A stretch of 64,000 nt of DNA. Source: an uncultured virus (IMG/VR IMGVR_UViG_3300027973_000050). Its lineage: Duplodnaviria; Heunggongvirae; Uroviricota; Caudoviricetes. The stretch lies in the IMG/VR virus record IMGVR_UViG_3300027973_000050; one strand, 5' to 3'. This document shows, piece by piece, positions 1-13,383 of the stretch. Both the position numbers and the translations under genes were made by a program. The notes beneath the pieces were generated by a model. It made no database searches, was not told the origin of the DNA, and saw only the letters and a program-made list of their open reading frames with translations. Within the stretch, counting starts at the first letter, position 1; every line of letters starts with the position of its first letter.

Positions 1-3000
1 CTTGAACGCCTTGTACACCCTGTATACCTTGTAAGCCCTGTACGCCCTGTACGCCTTGTACACCTTGTACACCTTGGACACCTTGGACACCTTGTAAGCC
101 CTGTACACCTTGTACGCCCTGTACACCTTGTACACCCTGCAAGCCCTGTACACCTTGTACACCTTGAACGCCTTGTACACCTTGGACACCTTGTACGCCT
201 TGTACACCTTGGATGCCTTGTGCTGTTTGACGTTGCCAATACGAACTTCCATCAAATGGTCGATTTCCTACCTGTAATCCAATATAGGTAGAAACCCAAC
301 TATTACCATCATAATAAACCACATCATTGAAATCATAAGACGTTAAACTATCCCATTGATTACGCCATACAAATCCAACACCTTGGATACCTTGTACACC
401 TTGTACACCTTGTACGCCCTGTACACCTTGTACACCCTGCAAGCCCTGTACACCTTGTACACCTTGAACGCCTTGTACACCTTGGACACCTTGTACACCT
501 TGTACACCCTGCAAACCTTGTAATCCTTGCAAGCCTTGTACACCTTGAACGCCTTGAACGCCTTGTACACCCTGTACACCTTGTAAGCCCTGTACACCCT
601 GTACGCCTTGTACACCTTGTACACCTTGTACACCTTGTAAGCCTTGTAAGCCTTGTAAGCCTTGTAAGCCCTGTACACCTTGTACACCCTGTACACCCTG
701 TACACCTTGTAAGCCCTGTACGCCTTGTACGCCTTGTACACCCTGTACACCTTGTAAGCCTTGTAAGCCTTGTAAGCCTTGTAAGCCCTGTACGCCCTGT
801 ACGCCTTGTACGCCTTGTACGCCTTGTACACCTTGTACACCCTGTAAGCCCTGTACGCCCTGTACGCCTTGTAAACCCTGTATGCCCTGAATACCTTGGC
901 TTACAATCATTTGCCAATGAGTACTTGAGTCAGATGGAACATTGCCAGTATTTGGAATTGAAGTTCCAGTAGCTAGATCTATATCAACAGATACCCATGC
1001 ACTACCATTATAAAATACTACATCATTGTAATTATAAGGAGTTATACTATCCCAAACATTGCGCCATATAAATCCAAGACCTTGAATGCCTTGTACACCC
1101 TGTACGCCTTGTACACCTTGGACACCTTGTACGCCTTGTACACCCTGCAAGCCTTGTACACCTTGTACACCTTGTACGCCTTGTACACCTTGTACGCCTT
1201 GTACACCTTGTACGCCTTGTACACCTTGTACACCTTGTACACCTTGTACGCCCTGTACACCTTGTACGCCCTGTACACCTTGTACACCCTGCAATCCTTG
1301 TACACCTTGTACACCTTGTACACCTTGTAAGCCTTGCACGCCCTGTACACCTTGTACACCCTGCAAGCCTTGTAATCCTTGCAAGCCTTGTACACCTTGT
1401 ACACCTTGTAATCCCTGTAATCCCTGTAAGCCTTGTAGTCCCTGTAAGCCTTGTACACCTTGTACACCTTGTACACCTTGTACACCCTGTACGCCCTGTA
1501 CACCTTGTACACCTTGTAAGCCCTGAATACCTTGACTGGTCATTTGACGCCAGTATGTAGTATTATCTAAACTTGGATATTGGCCACTAAATCCATTAAC
1601 ATCTGTATATACTGCTATCCAGCTTTGTCCATTTTCAAATACAACTTCATTCTGATAATATGTTTGGGTACTGCTATAATTGCCTTGCCAAATAAATCCA
1701 AGACCTTGAATACCTTGTACGCCCTGTACACCTTGTACACCTTGTACACCTTGGACGCCCTGTACACCTTGTACACCCTGTACACCTTGAACGCCTTGTA
1801 CACCTTGTAAGCCTTGTAAGCCTTGTACGCCTTGTACGCCTTGTACACCTTGTACACCTTGTACACCTTGTACGCCTTGTACGCCTTGTACACCTTGTAC
1901 ACCTTGTACACCTTGTACGCCTTGTACACCTTGTAAGCCTTGTACACCCTGAACACCTTGAACGCCTTGAACGCCTTGTACACCTTGTACACCCTGAACA
2001 CCTTGAACGCCTTGTAAACCTTGTAAGCCCTGTAAGCCTTGTACACCTTGTACACCCTGAACACCTTGAACGCCTTGCAAGCCTTGTACACCTTGTACAC
2101 CTTGTAATCCCTGTAATCCCTGTAAGCCTTGTAGTCCCTGTAAGCCTTGTACACCTTGTAAGCCTTGTAAGCCTTGTAATCCTTGTAAGCCTTGTAATCC
2201 TTGTACGCCTTGTACGCCTTGGACACCCTGAACACCTTGGACACCTTGTACACCTTGTACGCCTTGTACACCTTGTACACCCTGTACACCCTGTACACCC
2301 TGTACACCTTGTACGCCTTGTACGCCTTGTACACCTTGTACACCTTGTACACCTTGGATACCTTGCATACCCTGACTTGCAATAACAGCCCACCAATCAG
2401 TCTCGATAGGTGGTAAATGATTTATATTACCGTCTTGAATTGAATTAAATGTACTTCCACTAAACAAGACCACATCATTAATATTATAGGTTTCTGCTGG
2501 ATCCCAAGACCCCCTATAAACCATTCCACGACCTTGAATACCTTGTACACCTTGTACGCCTTGTACACCTTGTACACCTTGTACGCCCTGTACACCCTGT
2601 ACACCTTGAACACCCTGTACACCCTGTACACCTTGAACACCTTGTACGCCCTGTACACCTTGTACACCTTGTACACCTTGTACACCTTGTACACCTTGTA
2701 CACCTTGTACACCCTGTACACCCTGTACACCCTGTACACCCTGTACACCCTGTAAGCCTTGTAGACCTTGGACACCCTGAACGCCTTGGACACCTTGTAC
2801 ACCCTGTACACCCTGTACACCTTGCAATCCTTGGATACCTTGAGCTGTCATTCTAGCCCAATACGCACTTCCATCAAGTGGCTGGTTTCCATTATTGAGA
2901 TCTATACCATTTACTTGATCATAATAGTATGAAATCCAACTATTTCCGTCATAGTAAACTACATCATTGAAGAAATAATCAGTAACACTATCCCATTGAC

Positions 3001-6000
3001 CACGCCAATTAAACCCAAGTCCTTGAATACCTTGTACACCTTGGACGCCTTGGACGCCTTGTACACCTTGTACACCCTGTAAGCCTTGTAGTCCCTGTAA
3101 GCCTTGTAATCCCTGTACACCTTGTACGCCTTGTACACCCTGTACACCTTGTACACCTTGTACACCTTGTAGACCTTGTAGACCTTGGACGCCTTGTACA
3201 CCCTGTACACCCTGTACACCTTGTACACCTTGTACGCCTTGGACACCCTGTACACCCTGTACACCCTGTACACCCTGTACGCCCTGTACACCTTGTACAC
3301 CTTGTACGCCTTGGACACCTTGTAGACCCTGTAGACCCTGTACGCCTTGTACACCCTGTACGCCTTGTAGACCTTGTAGACCTTGGACACCTTGTACACC
3401 CTGTACACCCTGTACACCTTGTACACCTTGTATACCTTGTATACCTTGGCTTACAATCATTTGCCAATGAGTACTTGATTCAGGTGGTACATTACCAATA
3501 TTTGGTATTGAAGTACCAGTATCTGGATCTATATCAAGAGATACCCAAGCACTACCATTATAAAATACTACATCATTATAACTATAAGAAGTTGTATCAT
3601 CCCAAATCCCGCGCCAAATAAATCCAAGTCCTTGAATACCTTGTACACCTTGTACACCCTGTACACCCTGTACGCCTTGTACACCTTGTACACCTTGTAC
3701 GCCTTGCACACCCTGTACACCCTGTACACCTTGTACGCCTTGTAAGCCCTGTACACCTTGTAAGCCCTGTACACCTTGTAAGCCCTGTACACCCTGTACA
3801 CCCTGTACACCTTGTAAGCCCTGTAAGCCCTGTAAGCCCTGTACACCTTGTACGCCTTGTACACCCTGTACACCCTGTACACCTTGTACACCTTGTACAC
3901 CTTGTACACCTTGTACACCTTGTACACCTTGTACGCCCTGTACACCCTGTACACCCTGTACGCCTTGTACACCTTGTACACCCTGTACACCCTGTACGCC
4001 TTGAATACCTTGGGCTGTCATTCTAGCCCAATACGCACTTCCATCAAATGGCTGATTACCGTTGTTAAGATCTATACCATTTACTTGATCATAATAGTAT
4101 GAAATCCAACTATTTCCGTCATAATAAACAACATCGTTGAAGAAATAATCAGTAACAATATCCCACTGGCCACGCCAATTAAACCCAAGTCCTTGAATAC
4201 CTTGTACGCCCTGTACACCTTGTACACCTTGGACACCTTGGACACCTTGGACACCTTGGACACCTTGTACGCCTTGTACACCTTGTACACCTTGTACACC
4301 TTGTACACCCTGTACACCTTGTACACCCTGTAGGCCTTGTACTCCCTGTACACCTTGTACACCCTGTACGCCTTGGACACCCTGTAGACCTTGAACGCCT
4401 TGTACACCTTGTACACCTTGTACACCTTGTACACCCTGTACACCTTGGACACCCTGTACACCTTGGACACCCTGCAATCCTTGGACACCTTGCAATCCTT
4501 GTAAGCCTTGAATACCTTGCTGAGCTACTAGATCCCAGTACACACCAAGATTTTCAACTAAATCTGGTTGATTACCAATATTATAATCAACCAAACTAAC
4601 ATAACTACTGCCATTATAAAATACAGCTTGATTTACACCATAACTTTCAGTAATATCCCAAGGGCCACGCCAAATAAATCCAACACCTTGTAAGCCTTGA
4701 ACACCTTGTACACCTTGTAAGCCTTGAACACCTTGTACGCCTTGTACGCCTTGTAAGCCCTGTACACCCTGTACGCCTTGCACACCCTGTACACCCTGTA
4801 CGCCTTGTACACCTTGGACACCTTGTAAGCCCTGTACACCCTGTACACCCTGTACGCCTTGGACACCTTGTACGCCTTGTAAGCCCTGTACACCTTGTAG
4901 ACCCTGTACACCTTGTACGCCTTGTACACCTTGTACACCTTGTACACCCTGTACACCTTGTACACCCTGTAGGCCTTGTACTCCCTGTACACCTTGTACA
5001 CCCTGTAGGCCTTGTACTCCCTGTACACCTTGTACACCTTGTACACCCTGTACACCTTGTAGACCCTGTACGCCTTGGATACCTTGGGCTGTCATTCTGG
5101 CCCAATACGCACTTCCATCAAATGGCTGATTACCGTTGTTAAGATCTATACCATTTACTTGATCATAATAATATGAAATCCAACTGTTACCATCGTAGTA
5201 AACTACATCATTGAAGAAATAATCAGTAACAATATCCCATTGATCGCGCCAATTAAACCCAAGTCCTTGAATACCTTGTACACCTTGTACTCCCTGTACA
5301 CCTTGTACACCTTGTACACCTTGTACACCTTGTACACCCTGTACACCTTGTACACCTTGTACACCTTGTACGCCTTGTACACCCTGTACACCCTGTACAC
5401 CTTGGACACCCTGTACACCCTGTACACCCTGTACGCCTTGTACACCCTGTACGCCTTGTAAGCCCTGTACACCTTGTAGACCCTGTACACCTTGTACGCC
5501 TTGTAAGCCCTGTACACCTTGTACACCTTGTACACCTTGTACACCTTGTACGCCTTGTACGCCTTGTACACCCTGTACACCTTGGACACCTTGTACGCCT
5601 TGTACGCCTTGTACACCCTGTACACCTTGGACACCCTGTACACCCTGTACACCCTGTAAGCCTTGTACACCCTGTACGCCTTGTAAGCCCTGTACACCTT
5701 GTAGACCCTGTACACCTTGTACGCCTTGTAAGCCCTGTACACCTTGTACACCTTGTAGGCCTTGGATACCTTGTGCTGTTTGCCTTTGCCAATATGTAGG
5801 TTCAAGATCATTTGGCCTATTACCAATATTATTGAGTGAATCGCCTGATACTAAATCATAGTACCTAGATACCCAACTATTACCGTCATAGTAAACTACA
5901 TCATTAAATGAATATGTAGTTACAGGATCCCATAGACCACGCCAAATAAATCCAAGTCCTTGAATACCTTGTACACCCTGTACACCTTGGACGCCTTGGA

Positions 6001-9000
6001 CGCCTTGTACGCCCTGTACACCTTGGACGCCTTGTACGCCTTGTACACCTTGAACGCCTTGTACACCTTGTACACCCTGTACGCCTTGTACACCTTGAAC
6101 GCCCTGTACACCCTGTACACCCTGTACACCTTGCAATCCTTGTACACCCTGTACGCCTTGTACACCCTGTACGCCTTGTACACCCTGTACGCCTTGTACG
6201 CCCTGTACACCCTGTACACCCTGTACACCCTGTACACCCTGTAAGCCTTGTAGACCTTGTAGACCTTGTAGACCTTGTACACCCTGTACACCTTGTACGC
6301 CTTGTACACCTTGTAAGCCTTGGATACCCTGGGCTGTCATTCTCTGCCAATACGTACTTCCATCAAACGGCTGTGCAGTATTAAATGTACCGGTAGTTAT
6401 TGGCCAAACTGCTATCCAGCTATTTCCATCATAATAAACTACATCATTTTGAGTATACTCAGTAACAGCGTCCCACTGTCCACGCCAAATAATACCAAAA
6501 CCTTGAATACCCTGTACACCTTGGACGCCTTGTACACCTTGGACACCTTGTAAGCCCTGTAAGCCTTGTAAGCCCTGTACGCCTTGAACACCTTGGATAC
6601 CTTGGGCTGTCATCCTATCCCAATAAGCACTGCCATCTGAAGGTCTTTGATTTATACCATCTTGAGATGATATCCAACTGTTACCATCATAATAAACTAC
6701 ATCATTTTGATAATAGTAATAGGTAGATATCCATTGACCTTTCCATATTAATCCATAACCTTGAATACCTTGAACACCTTGGACACCTTGAACACCTTGG
6801 ACACCTTGTAAGCCTTGTACACCTTGTACACCTTGTACACCTTGAACACCTTGGACACCTTGGACACCTTGTACACCTTGTACACCTTGTACACCTTGTA
6901 CACCTTGTACACCTTGTACGCCTTGGATACCTTGGGCTGTCATTCTCTGCCAATACGTACTTCCATCAAACGGCTGATTACCTAATTGTGGACCAATTCC
7001 AAGACCAAAATCCATATAAATGGATACCCAACTGTTACCATCATAATAAACTACGTCATTATAATCATAAGTAACAGAAATATCCCAATATCCGCGCCAT
7101 ACAAATCCAAGTCCTTGAATACCTTGGACACCTTGTACACCCTGTACGCCTTGTACACCTTGTAGGCCCTGTACGCCTTGTACACCTTGTACACCTTGTA
7201 CACCTTGTACACCTTGTACACCTTGTACACCTTGTACACCTTGAACGCCTTGTACGCCTTGTACGCCTTGTACACCTTGTACACCTTGTACACCTTGAAC
7301 ACCTTGTAGACCTTGTACACCCTGTACACCTTGTACACCCTGTAAGCCTTGTACGCCTTGTACACCTTGTACACCCTGTACACCTTGTACACCCTGTAGG
7401 CCTTGTACGCCCTGTACACCTTGTACGCCTTGTACACCTTGTAATCCCTGTACACCTTGAACGCCCTGTACACCTTGTAAGCCCTGTACGCCTTGTAATC
7501 CTTGTAAGCCTTGGATACCCTGTTGTGCTACATAATCCCAATAAACGCCAAGGTTTTCAGGCAAATCTGGTTGCTGATTAAGAACGTTGTCTTGTAAACT
7601 GACAAAACTACTACCATTATAAAAAACAGATTCATTTACGTTATAAACAATATTGGAATCCCAAATGCCACGCCATTTAAAACCAACACCTTGAATACCC
7701 TGAACACCTTGAACGCCTTGAACGCCCTGTACACCTTGCACACCTTGTACACCTTGTACACCTTGTACACCTTGTACACCTTGTACACCTTGTACGCCTT
7801 GTACACCCTGTACACCTTGTACACCTTGTACACCTTGTACACCTTGTACGCCTTGTACACCTTGTACGCCTTGTACACCCTGTACACCCTGTAAGCCTTG
7901 TACGCCTTGGACACCTTGTACGCCTTGTAGACCTTGTACACCTTGTACACCTTGTACACCTTGTACACCCTGTACACCCTGTACACCCTGTAGGCCTTGA
8001 ATACCTTGGCTTACAATCATCTGCCAATGGGTACTTGCATCAGATGGAACGTTGCCAATATTTGGTATTGAAGTACCAGTATCTGGATCTATATCAAGAG
8101 ATACCCAAGCACTACCATTATAAAATACTACGTCATTATAGGCATAACTTGTGGAATCGTTCCAAACTCCACGCCAAATAAATCCAAGTCCTTGAATACC
8201 TTGTACACCTTGTACACCTTGTACACCTTGTACGCCTTGAACACCTTGTACACCTTGTACACCTTGTACACCTTGTACACCTTGGACACCTTGGACACCT
8301 TGTACGCCCTGTACACCTTGTACACCTTGTACGCCCTGTACACCTTGTACACCTTGGACACCCTGTACACCTTGTACACCTTGTACACCTTGCACACCTT
8401 GAACGCCTTGAACGCCTTGTAGACCTTGTAGACCTTGTACACCTTGTACACCTTGTACACCTTGTACACCTTGTACACCCTGTACACCTTGTACACCTTG
8501 TACACCTTGTACACCTTGTACACCTTGTACACCTTGTACACCTTGTACACCTTGTACACCCTGTACACCTTGTACGCCCTGTACGCCCTGTAAGCCTTGA
8601 ATACCTTGTTGTGCTACATAATCCCACAACACTCCGATATTCTCAGGCAAATCTGGCTGATTGCCAATATTATAGTCGACCAAACTAACAAAGCTAGAAC
8701 CGTTATAAAATACAGCTTGATTTATACCATAAGTTCTACTAATGTCCCAAGGGCCTTCCCATCTAAATCCAACACCTTGAATACCCTGTACACCTTGTAC
8801 ACCCTGTACACCTTGTACACCTTGTACACCCTGTAATCCTTGTACACCCTGTACACCTTGTACACCCTGTACGCCTTGTACACCCTGTACACCTTGAACG
8901 CCTTGAACGCCTTGAACGCCTTGTACGCCCTGTACACCTTGAACGCCTTGTACACCTTGTACGCCTTGTACGCCCTGGACACCTTGTACGCCTTGTAAGC

Positions 9001-9570
9001 CTTGAATACCTTGATTGGCCATTACCTGCCAATAAGAACTATCATAATTAGGCTCGTTGTTTAGATTAACATCCTGTACGCTAACCCAAGCTTGGCCATT
9101 ATAGTAAACAACGTCGTTTACTGCGTATTCTGTTAAACTACTCCAAACTCCCTTCCAAATAAAGCCAAGTCCTTGAATACCTTGTTGACCTTGAGCGCCT
9201 TGTGTACCTTGTGTACCCTGTGCACCTTGTGTACCCTGTCCACCAAATGTACCTTGAGTACCTTGAATACCTTGAAAACCAAAATTTCCTTGAATACCTT
9301 GACTGGCCATTCTGTCCCAATATGGACTACCGTCATATGGAGGATCTTGACTTTGATTTTGCTGTTTGGCTACCCAACTGCTACCATTATAATATACAGC
9401 GTCATTTATTTTGTATAATGTAGAAACATTCCAATCGCCACGCCAAACAATACCAACGCCTTGTATACCCTGTGTGCCTTGACTTCCCTGTATACCTTGA
9501 CCGCCTTGTATACCTTGTAAGCCTTGTAAGCCTTGAATACCTTGTATGCCCTGTACACCTTGACTACCAC
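1..9570 (-). repeat. Degenerate 9-bp tandem repeat (consensus CAAGGTGTA on minus) in ~19 blocks of roughly 11-74 units
   Basis: Directly visible tacaccttg/tacgccttg/taagccttg arrays separated by 160-195 bp unique modules. Confidence 0.95.
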
Positions 9571-9895
9571 CGCCACTGGTCAATGCAGCATAACCAGCAG
9601 TAGGAGTATTAAATCTTAGTACCGTTGTACTGCCACTTACAAATTCTATTTCTGGAAAATTAGCAGTACCAGTTAGGCTCTTATTATCAGTGCCAATTAC
9701 TTCGACAATAGGATATCGAGTACCTAAATTATGTACAATTTCCCAAGTTAATTGTGGTGTTGGCTGTTGAAAAATATAGAAACCACCAATGGCCGTATCG
9801 CCACTGATACCTTGAATACCCTGCGCTCCCTCCTTACCAATTAGTAAGGGATCCCACGTTTGAGTATTAGTATTATATTGTTTTAGGACGCTCAT
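1..9895 (-). CDS. Giant collagen-like fibre protein, (Gly-Val/Leu/Ile-Gln)n interrupted by 18 CBM5/12-like aromatic modules; 3' end outside the window (>3298 aa)
   Basis: ATG at 9895-9893 gives [29 protein letters not shown]...[17 protein letters not shown]...[10 protein letters not shown]. The same frame still reads G-V-Q at positions 2-19. Inserts read e.g. [29 protein letters not shown]...HWQMIVSQG. Absent from the ORF track because there is no stop in the window. Confidence 0.9.
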   Translation of the reverse strand, partial: MSVLKQYNTNTQTWDPLLIGKEGAQGIQGISGDTAIGGFYIFQQPTPQLTWEIVHNLGTRYPIVEVIGTDNKSLTGTANFPEIEFVSGSTTVLRFNTPTAGYAALTSGGGSQGVQGIQGIQGLQGLQGIQGGQGIQGSQGTQGIQGVGIVWRGDWNVSTLYKINDAVYYNGSSWVAKQQNQSQDPPYDGSPYWDRMASQGIQGNFGFQGIQGTQGTFGGQGTQGAQGTQGTQGAQGQQGIQGLGFIWKGVWSSLTEYAVNDVVYYNGQAWVSVQDVNLNNEPNYDSSYWQVMANQGIQGLQGVQGVQGVQGVQGVQGVQGVQGVQGVQGVQGVQGVQGVQGVQGVQGVQGVQGLQGVQGVQGVQGVQGVQGIQGVGFRWEGPWDISRTYGINQAVFYNGSSFVSLVDYNIGNQPDLPENIGVLWDYVAQQGIQGLQGVQGVQGVQGVQGVQGVQGVQGVQGVQGVQGVQGVQGVQGVQGVQGVQGVQGLQGLQGVQGVQGVQGVQGVQGVQGVQGVQGVQGVQGVQGVQGVQGVQGVQGVQGVQGVQGVQGVQGVQGVQGVQGVQGIQGLGFIWRGVWNDSTSYAYNDVVFYNGSAWVSLDIDPDTGTSIPNIGNVPSDASTHWQMIVSQGIQGLQGVQGVQGVQGVQGVQGVQGLQGVQGVQGVQGLQGVQGVQGVQGVQGVQGVQGVQGVQGVQGVQGVQGVQGVQGVQGVQGVQGVQGVQGVQGVQGVQGIQGVGFKWRGIWDSNIVYNVNESVFYNGSSFVSLQDNVLNQQPDLPENLGVYWDYVAQQGIQGLQGLQGVQGLQGVQGVQGVQGLQGVQGVQGVQGVQGLQGVQGVQGVQGVQGVQGLQGVQGVQGVQGLQGVQGVQGVQGVQGVQGVQGVQGVQGVQGVQGVQGVQGVQGVQGVQGLQGVQGVQGVQGVQGIQGLGFVWRGYWDISVTYDYNDVVYYDGNSWVSIYMDFGLGIGPQLGNQPFDGSTYWQRMTAQGIQGVQGVQGVQGVQGVQGVQGVQGVQGVQGVQGVQGVQGLQGVQGVQGVQGVQGIQGYGLIWKGQWISTYYYYQNDVVYYDGNSWISSQDGINQRPSDGSAYWDRMTAQGIQGVQGVQGLQGLQGLQGVQGVQGVQGVQGIQGFGIIWRGQWDAVTEYTQNDVVYYDGNSWIAVWPITTGTFNTAQPFDGSTYWQRMTAQGIQGLQGVQGVQGVQGVQGLQGLQGLQGLQGVQGVQGVQGVQGVQGVQGVQGVQGVQGVQGVQGLQGVQGVQGVQGVQGVQGVQGVQGVQGVQGVQGVQGVQGVQGVQGVQGVQGVQGVQGIQGLGFIWRGLWDPVTTYSFNDVVYYDGNSWVSRYYDLVSGDSLNNIGNRPNDLEPTYWQRQTAQGIQGLQGVQGVQGLQGVQGVQGLQGVQGLQGVQGVQGLQGVQGVQGVQGVQGVQGVQGVQGVQGVQGVQGVQGVQGVQGVQGVQGVQGLQGVQGVQGLQGVQGLQGVQGVQGVQGVQGVQGVQGVQGVQGVQGVQGVQGVQGVQGVQGVQGVQGVQGVQGVQGVQGIQGLGFNWRDQWDIVTDYFFNDVVYYDGNSWISYYYDQVNGIDLNNGNQPFDGSAYWARMTAQGIQGVQGLQGVQGVQGVQGVQGVQGLQGVQGVQGVQGLQGVQGVQGVQGVQGVQGVQGVQGLQGVQGLQGVQGVQGVQGVQGVQGLQGVQGVQGVQGVQGVQGVQGVQGLQGVQGVQGVQGLQGVQGVQGLQGVGFIWRGPWDITESYGVNQAVFYNGSSYVSLVDYNIGNQPDLVENLGVYWDLVAQQGIQGLQGLQGVQGLQGVQGVQGVQGVQGVQGVQGVQGVQGVQGLQGVQGVQGVQGVQGVQGLQGVQGVQGVQGVQGVQGVQGVQGVQGVQGVQGVQGVQGVQGVQGIQGLGFNWRGQWDIVTDYFFNDVVYYDGNSWISYYYDQVNGIDLNNGNQPFDGSAYWARMTAQGIQGVQGVQGVQGVQGVQGVQGVQGVQGVQGVQGVQGVQGVQGVQGVQGVQGVQGVQGLQGLQGLQGVQGVQGVQGLQGVQGLQGVQGLQGVQGVQGVQGVQGVQGVQGVQGVQGVQGVQGVQGIQGLGFIWRGIWDDTTSYSYNDVVFYNGSAWVSLDIDPDTGTSIPNIGNVPPESSTHWQMIVSQGIQGIQGVQGVQGVQGVQGVQGLQGLQGVQGVQGVQGLQGLQGVQGVQGVQGVQGVQGVQGVQGVQGVQGVQGVQGVQGVQGVQGVQGLQGLQGVQGVQGVQGVQGVQGVQGLQGLQGLQGLQGVQGVQGVQGVQGVQGIQGLGFNWRGQWDSVTDYFFNDVVYYDGNSWISYYYDQVNGIDLNNGNQPLDGSAYWARMTAQGIQGLQGVQGVQGVQGVQGVQGVQGLQGLQGVQGVQGVQGVQGVQGVQGVQGVQGVQGVQGVQGVQGVQGVQGVQGVQGVQGVQGVQGVQGVQGVQGVQGIQGRGMVYRGSWDPAETYNINDVVLFSGSTFNSIQDGNINHLPPIETDWWAVIASQGMQGIQGVQGVQGVQGVQGVQGVQGVQGVQGVQGVQGVQGVQGVQGVQGVQGVQGVQGLQGLQGLQGLQGLQGVQGLQGLQGLQGLQGLQGVQGVQGLQGVQGVQGVQGVQGLQGLQGLQGVQGVQGVQGVQGVQGVQGVQGVQGLQGVQGVQGVQGVQGVQGVQGVQGVQGVQGVQGVQGVQGLQGLQGVQGVQGVQGVQGVQGVQGVQGVQGVQGVQGIQGLGFIWQGNYSSTQTYYQNEVVFENGQSWIAVYTDVNGFSGQYPSLDNTTYWRQMTSQGIQGLQGVQGVQGVQGVQGVQGVQGVQGLQGLQGLQGLQGLQGVQGVQGLQGLQGLQGVQGVQGVQGLQGVQGVQGVQGLQGVQGVQGVQGVQGVQGVQGVQGVQGVQGVQGVQGVQGVQGVQGVQGLQGVQGVQGVQGVQGVQGVQGIQGLGFIWRNVWDSITPYNYNDVVFYNGSAWVSVDIDLATGTSIPNTGNVPSDSSTHWQMIVSQGIQGIQGLQGVQGVQGLQGVQGVQGVQGVQGVQGVQGLQGLQGLQGLQGVQGVQGVQGVQGLQGVQGVQGVQGVQGLQGLQGLQGLQGVQGVQGVQGVQGVQGLQGVQGVQGVQGVQGVQGLQGLQGLQGVQGVQGVQGVQGVQGVQGVQGLQGVQGVQGVQGVQGVQGIQGVGFVWRNQWDSLTSYDFNDVVYYDGNSWVSTYIGLQVGNRPFDGSSYWQRQTAQGIQGVQGVQGVQGVQGVQGVQGVQGLQGVQGVQGVQGVQGLQGVQGVQGVQGVQGVQGVQGLQGIQGVQGVQ

Positions 9896-9904
9896 TTATT
9901 TCTT

Positions 9905-10183
9905 CTAACAGTCTTGGGCTTGAGAAAATATAGGTACATTATTCTTCAGCCAACAATATATAGAAGAAAATAGTGTTTTGTCGGTGTCTAAATCATCCAA
10001 AGCTATACTATAAACATCATATCTTACTGGCTGGTACCCTTTATCCCTAGCCTCTTGGCTTAGGTAATACAATATTTTAACTTGAATTGATCGCTTGTCG
10101 CCAGCAATTGATCCAACAATGGCGTAGGAATTGTTGAATCCCATGCCAACTATTGAATTTTCTATGTCTAGAAGCAGCGCCAT
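9905..10183 (-). CDS. Hypothetical protein (92 aa), possibly fibre-associated
   Basis: ORF tightly packed between structural genes, with an AAGGA RBS upstream. Confidence 0.7.
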   Translation of the reverse strand: MALLLDIENSIVGMGFNNSYAIVGSIAGDKRSIQVKILYYLSQEARDKGYQPVRYDVYSIALDDLDTDKTLFSSIYCWLKNNVPIFSQAQDC

Positions 10184-10192
10184 TAGATGTCC

Positions 10193-11302
10193 TTAAGTCT
10201 GATAAAGTTCCAAAGTATTTATCGCTGCCAGCCATCTTATGGTTTTGGAATCTTGACCAGTGACCAAGAGCCTAACACACCCATTTGCGGTGTCGGCAAC
10301 AGCGGAAATACTCCAAGATGCAGCTGAAATATCACCTGCAATCTTTTCGGTAACCGTATCCCCGACCAAAGTTGTAGTACTTGCGTTCGATCCTCTGCTT
10401 GCTAAAAATTTTATATTCCATGTAACGGTCTCTGTTGCTGTTTTGGCTATAATGTCTGCGCTGACTTTATAAGCATAAAAATTAGGTAATACTAAACGAT
10501 TAGTTGTGCCTGCTGTTAGTCCATCAAATGTTAATTCACCTGGAGTATCATCTTCTGTAACAGTTCTTGCCATATAACTGCCATGACTAAAGGTAGGCAT
10601 TGTGATGGAATCAGAGGCAAATGGCATTGCCTGACTGATTGTACTAGTCTGATATCTTAAATGCCCCAGTCCATCTGGTTGTAAAATAATGTCGCCAGCT
10701 TCATTTACTGCCTTAATGGTATTATTTTTAATTTCAATATTACCAATTCGAGCAGCAGGAATATTACCTGAACCTGCCAAACCAGCATACTTATATCCAC
10801 TTACATATAATGATTTACCAGATGTTAATGCTGATGGTATTGTGCCACCAATAAAGTTTAAAACACCAGCTTGATAATCAAAATTCCATTCACCAACGCC
10901 GCCAGTACCGCTATCAAAAATCTGTGTGCCAGTTGATTCTGGATTTGCAGCACTGGGATTATCCACATAAACTTTAACAAAGTATGTAGGACCAAATTCA
11001 GGCGGGATCCAATCTAATACTTCAGTCAACCAAGTGGGATAAATGCCATTAATAGGATTAGTACTTGTATCTGGCATACATTCTATACTGTCAGCACCAA
11101 TATATGGTCTTACAACAAATTCAACTTCGGCAGCAACCGCAGGAATTAAAGATGATTGTGTCCAAATTCTATCGCCGCGGACAAAAACTGGACTACTTAT
11201 AGATTCGTTACTGGGACTTTTATTAGTGCCAATATCAGTCTTGGCAACACCAAAGTATCTTTTGTATAGTAGGTCAACTTTTTGTGAATCAGATATGGCC
11301 AT
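10193..11302 (-). CDS. Putative virion structural protein (369 aa)
   Basis: Co-directional ORF 1 nt from its neighbour; beta-rich composition; structural gene context. Confidence 0.7.
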   Translation of the reverse strand: MAISDSQKVDLLYKRYFGVAKTDIGTNKSPSNESISSPVFVRGDRIWTQSSLIPAVAAEVEFVVRPYIGADSIECMPDTSTNPINGIYPTWLTEVLDWIPPEFGPTYFVKVYVDNPSAANPESTGTQIFDSGTGGVGEWNFDYQAGVLNFIGGTIPSALTSGKSLYVSGYKYAGLAGSGNIPAARIGNIEIKNNTIKAVNEAGDIILQPDGLGHLRYQTSTISQAMPFASDSITMPTFSHGSYMARTVTEDDTPGELTFDGLTAGTTNRLVLPNFYAYKVSADIIAKTATETVTWNIKFLASRGSNASTTTLVGDTVTEKIAGDISAASWSISAVADTANGCVRLLVTGQDSKTIRWLAAINTLELYQT

Positions 11303-11303
11303 T

Positions 11304-13349
11304 TTACTGTGTTCCTAACATACTTAATGCCGTAACACTTTGGCCACTGCTTACTTTAATTCGTACTACGATTTCTTTACTAGTGGTGTTAGAGCTACTT
11401 ACAGTACCAAATGTACAAGTTCTTCTTTGTGTTCCTGAACTGTTCAAATTAACTACACCTCCTAATGCACAACCATTACTTCCATTGCCGCCGCCTGCAA
11501 TATTAGCACCTGGAACACCTGCTCCAGCATATGCTTGACTCATATCCACCCAACCATTTATGGTACTTGTACCATCTATACTACTTCCTGGCAATGCAAT
11601 CCACATACCAGCTATTGTGCCAGTAAATTGTATGTCAAATTTTGACACTGCACTACGAGTAAACTTAAAAGTAAAATATTGACTACCACTACGCCCTGAG
11701 CTTAGATCAGGACCTGCTGGCAAATACCCAGTACTGTAATCAGTTTGATCGTGTTTAATTATACCTTGACTTCCAGATCCTACTACCACAGCATCATATG
11801 TTTCTAATGTAGATGTTTGACTGTTAAAAGAGGCTGTTGATAGTAATGTAGGATTATCACTGCTTCCTGGATTAATAATTCTTAATGCATTTCCACTACC
11901 TGAGCCCACACTGGTCACTGGGATACTTGTTTCATCAATGTTAGTACTGGTGCCAGTTTTAAATAATACCATGGCATTTGGACTAAAAGTTTGTGAGCCT
12001 ATATTATATGAATTATTAACTGAAATAGCACAAGTGCCACTATTAGATCCAAACCCAGATTTGATTTGTGCCGTGGTATTCACTGTAACTGAACCACTAC
12101 CAACATAAAGATTTCTAGCCAATGGCGTAGTTACCCCTGCTCCAGCGTATGTAACATTAACTGGTGCGTTAAAAGCGCCGCCGGCTGTGCCAGTTACAAA
12201 TGTATCTGATGTAGGATAAGCATCACCACTGAGATTATTAACATCAAAGGCCAATGCAAAAGTGTTACTGGTAGTATAATGCGGTATTGTACTACTATAA
12301 ATTACTGTGGGACTTACTGGCGCCGTAAAAGAATAATTTGTTATGCTAGGAGTACCTGGTGTACTGGCATCATAATACCAATAGGCCACGTTTGTACTGC
12401 CTGCTGCTGTATGATCAATATAAACTTCATTCCAACCTTCTGACACAGTGCCAGCAGCCTTGGCATCAAAGCTCTGCCAAAAAGTTGTGGCAATTGGAGG
12501 GGTGGTAATTAAGCTATAATCTCTGTCATTGGCTATGACTAGATTGTTATATGTACCATTATCAGTGCCAATTAATGTGACTTCATCTTGTGTATCAGTC
12601 ATTGTATGATTGCCTGCATCTACACCATTCTTATGTGTAGTAACAACCCCTTCAATTCCTGGGCCGCAGCCTGTTATAAAATTTGTAGTATAACTATTTG
12701 CTCTTCTAAAAAGAGCAACTGTTGTGCCTCCAGCAACATTTCTATTGCTGGAAGTATTATCTGTTTGTATAAAATCGCACATTCTGTATGTGCTAAGACT
12801 TTGTATGGCTAATGTTTGATTATTAGGAAAACTAGGAGGATTTGGCGGGACTAATTTACCTAAAATATAGTTCAATTGGGCTATTCCATTAGTCACTGTG
12901 CTTTGGTCTGTCATTCTAACAGCCCTACTAACCAGTCTGCCAAGGCTTGGAGTTCCAACATTGACTCCCATAGCACTATTAAACTTGACTAATCCGCCGC
13001 TATTTGTGGCTAAATTTAAATCATCACCAGAGGCTTTGGTAAAAATTGTGTTTTCTGTTATCGTAACCCCATCAGTACTAAAAACAGGTGCTTCTATTTC
13101 AGTTGTGGCTATGAGGTTTTCAGAACCATTAGTGTCATCAATTAGTAATGTGTCAGACCAGTACCTTGTACCGTCTTTATCAGTTAATAAAAATCGTTTA
13201 GAATTGGCAGAGTCTGTTGTGGAAGGTATACCTAAATCAGGTTCCGCTTCACTAAGCTTTAAAAATTCGTATCTTTCTTCACTGACCTTGTTTGGGCGGA
13301 TCTTTTTAACTCTACCACTAAAGAGTTCCACCCTACCTTGCTTACCCAT
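11304..13349 (-). CDS. Putative virion structural/fibre protein (681 aa), Ser/Thr/Gly-rich
   Basis: Long ORF with AGGAG RBS; N-terminus paralogous to 13493..14458. Confidence 0.75.
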   Translation of the reverse strand: MGKQGRVELFSGRVKKIRPNKVSEERYEFLKLSEAEPDLGIPSTTDSANSKRFLLTDKDGTRYWSDTLLIDDTNGSENLIATTEIEAPVFSTDGVTITENTIFTKASGDDLNLATNSGGLVKFNSAMGVNVGTPSLGRLVSRAVRMTDQSTVTNGIAQLNYILGKLVPPNPPSFPNNQTLAIQSLSTYRMCDFIQTDNTSSNRNVAGGTTVALFRRANSYTTNFITGCGPGIEGVVTTHKNGVDAGNHTMTDTQDEVTLIGTDNGTYNNLVIANDRDYSLITTPPIATTFWQSFDAKAAGTVSEGWNEVYIDHTAAGSTNVAYWYYDASTPGTPSITNYSFTAPVSPTVIYSSTIPHYTTSNTFALAFDVNNLSGDAYPTSDTFVTGTAGGAFNAPVNVTYAGAGVTTPLARNLYVGSGSVTVNTTAQIKSGFGSNSGTCAISVNNSYNIGSQTFSPNAMVLFKTGTSTNIDETSIPVTSVGSGSGNALRIINPGSSDNPTLLSTASFNSQTSTLETYDAVVVGSGSQGIIKHDQTDYSTGYLPAGPDLSSGRSGSQYFTFKFTRSAVSKFDIQFTGTIAGMWIALPGSSIDGTSTINGWVDMSQAYAGAGVPGANIAGGGNGSNGCALGGVVNLNSSGTQRRTCTFGTVSSSNTTSKEIVVRIKVSSGQSVTALSMLGTQ

Positions 13350-13383
13350 TCAGAACTCCTACATGACTAATCTTCAGATACAT

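Noticed and set aside
2840..5270. Near-identical modules as a DGR template/variable repeat pair
   Set aside because: All copies are in-frame coding, the differences are not obviously confined to adenines, and no reverse transcriptase is in the window.
343..9423. Many ORF-track entries with YKVYKA, TRCTRC, LYTLYA or CTPCTP repeats
   Set aside because: They are alternative-frame and antisense shadows of the 9-bp collagen repeat; only the G-X-Q frame stays open through the unique modules.
1..9570. Repeat/unique alternation resembling a CRISPR or other spacer array
   Set aside because: The repeats are variable-length codon triplets and the 'spacers' are homologous in-frame protein domains; no cas genes are present.
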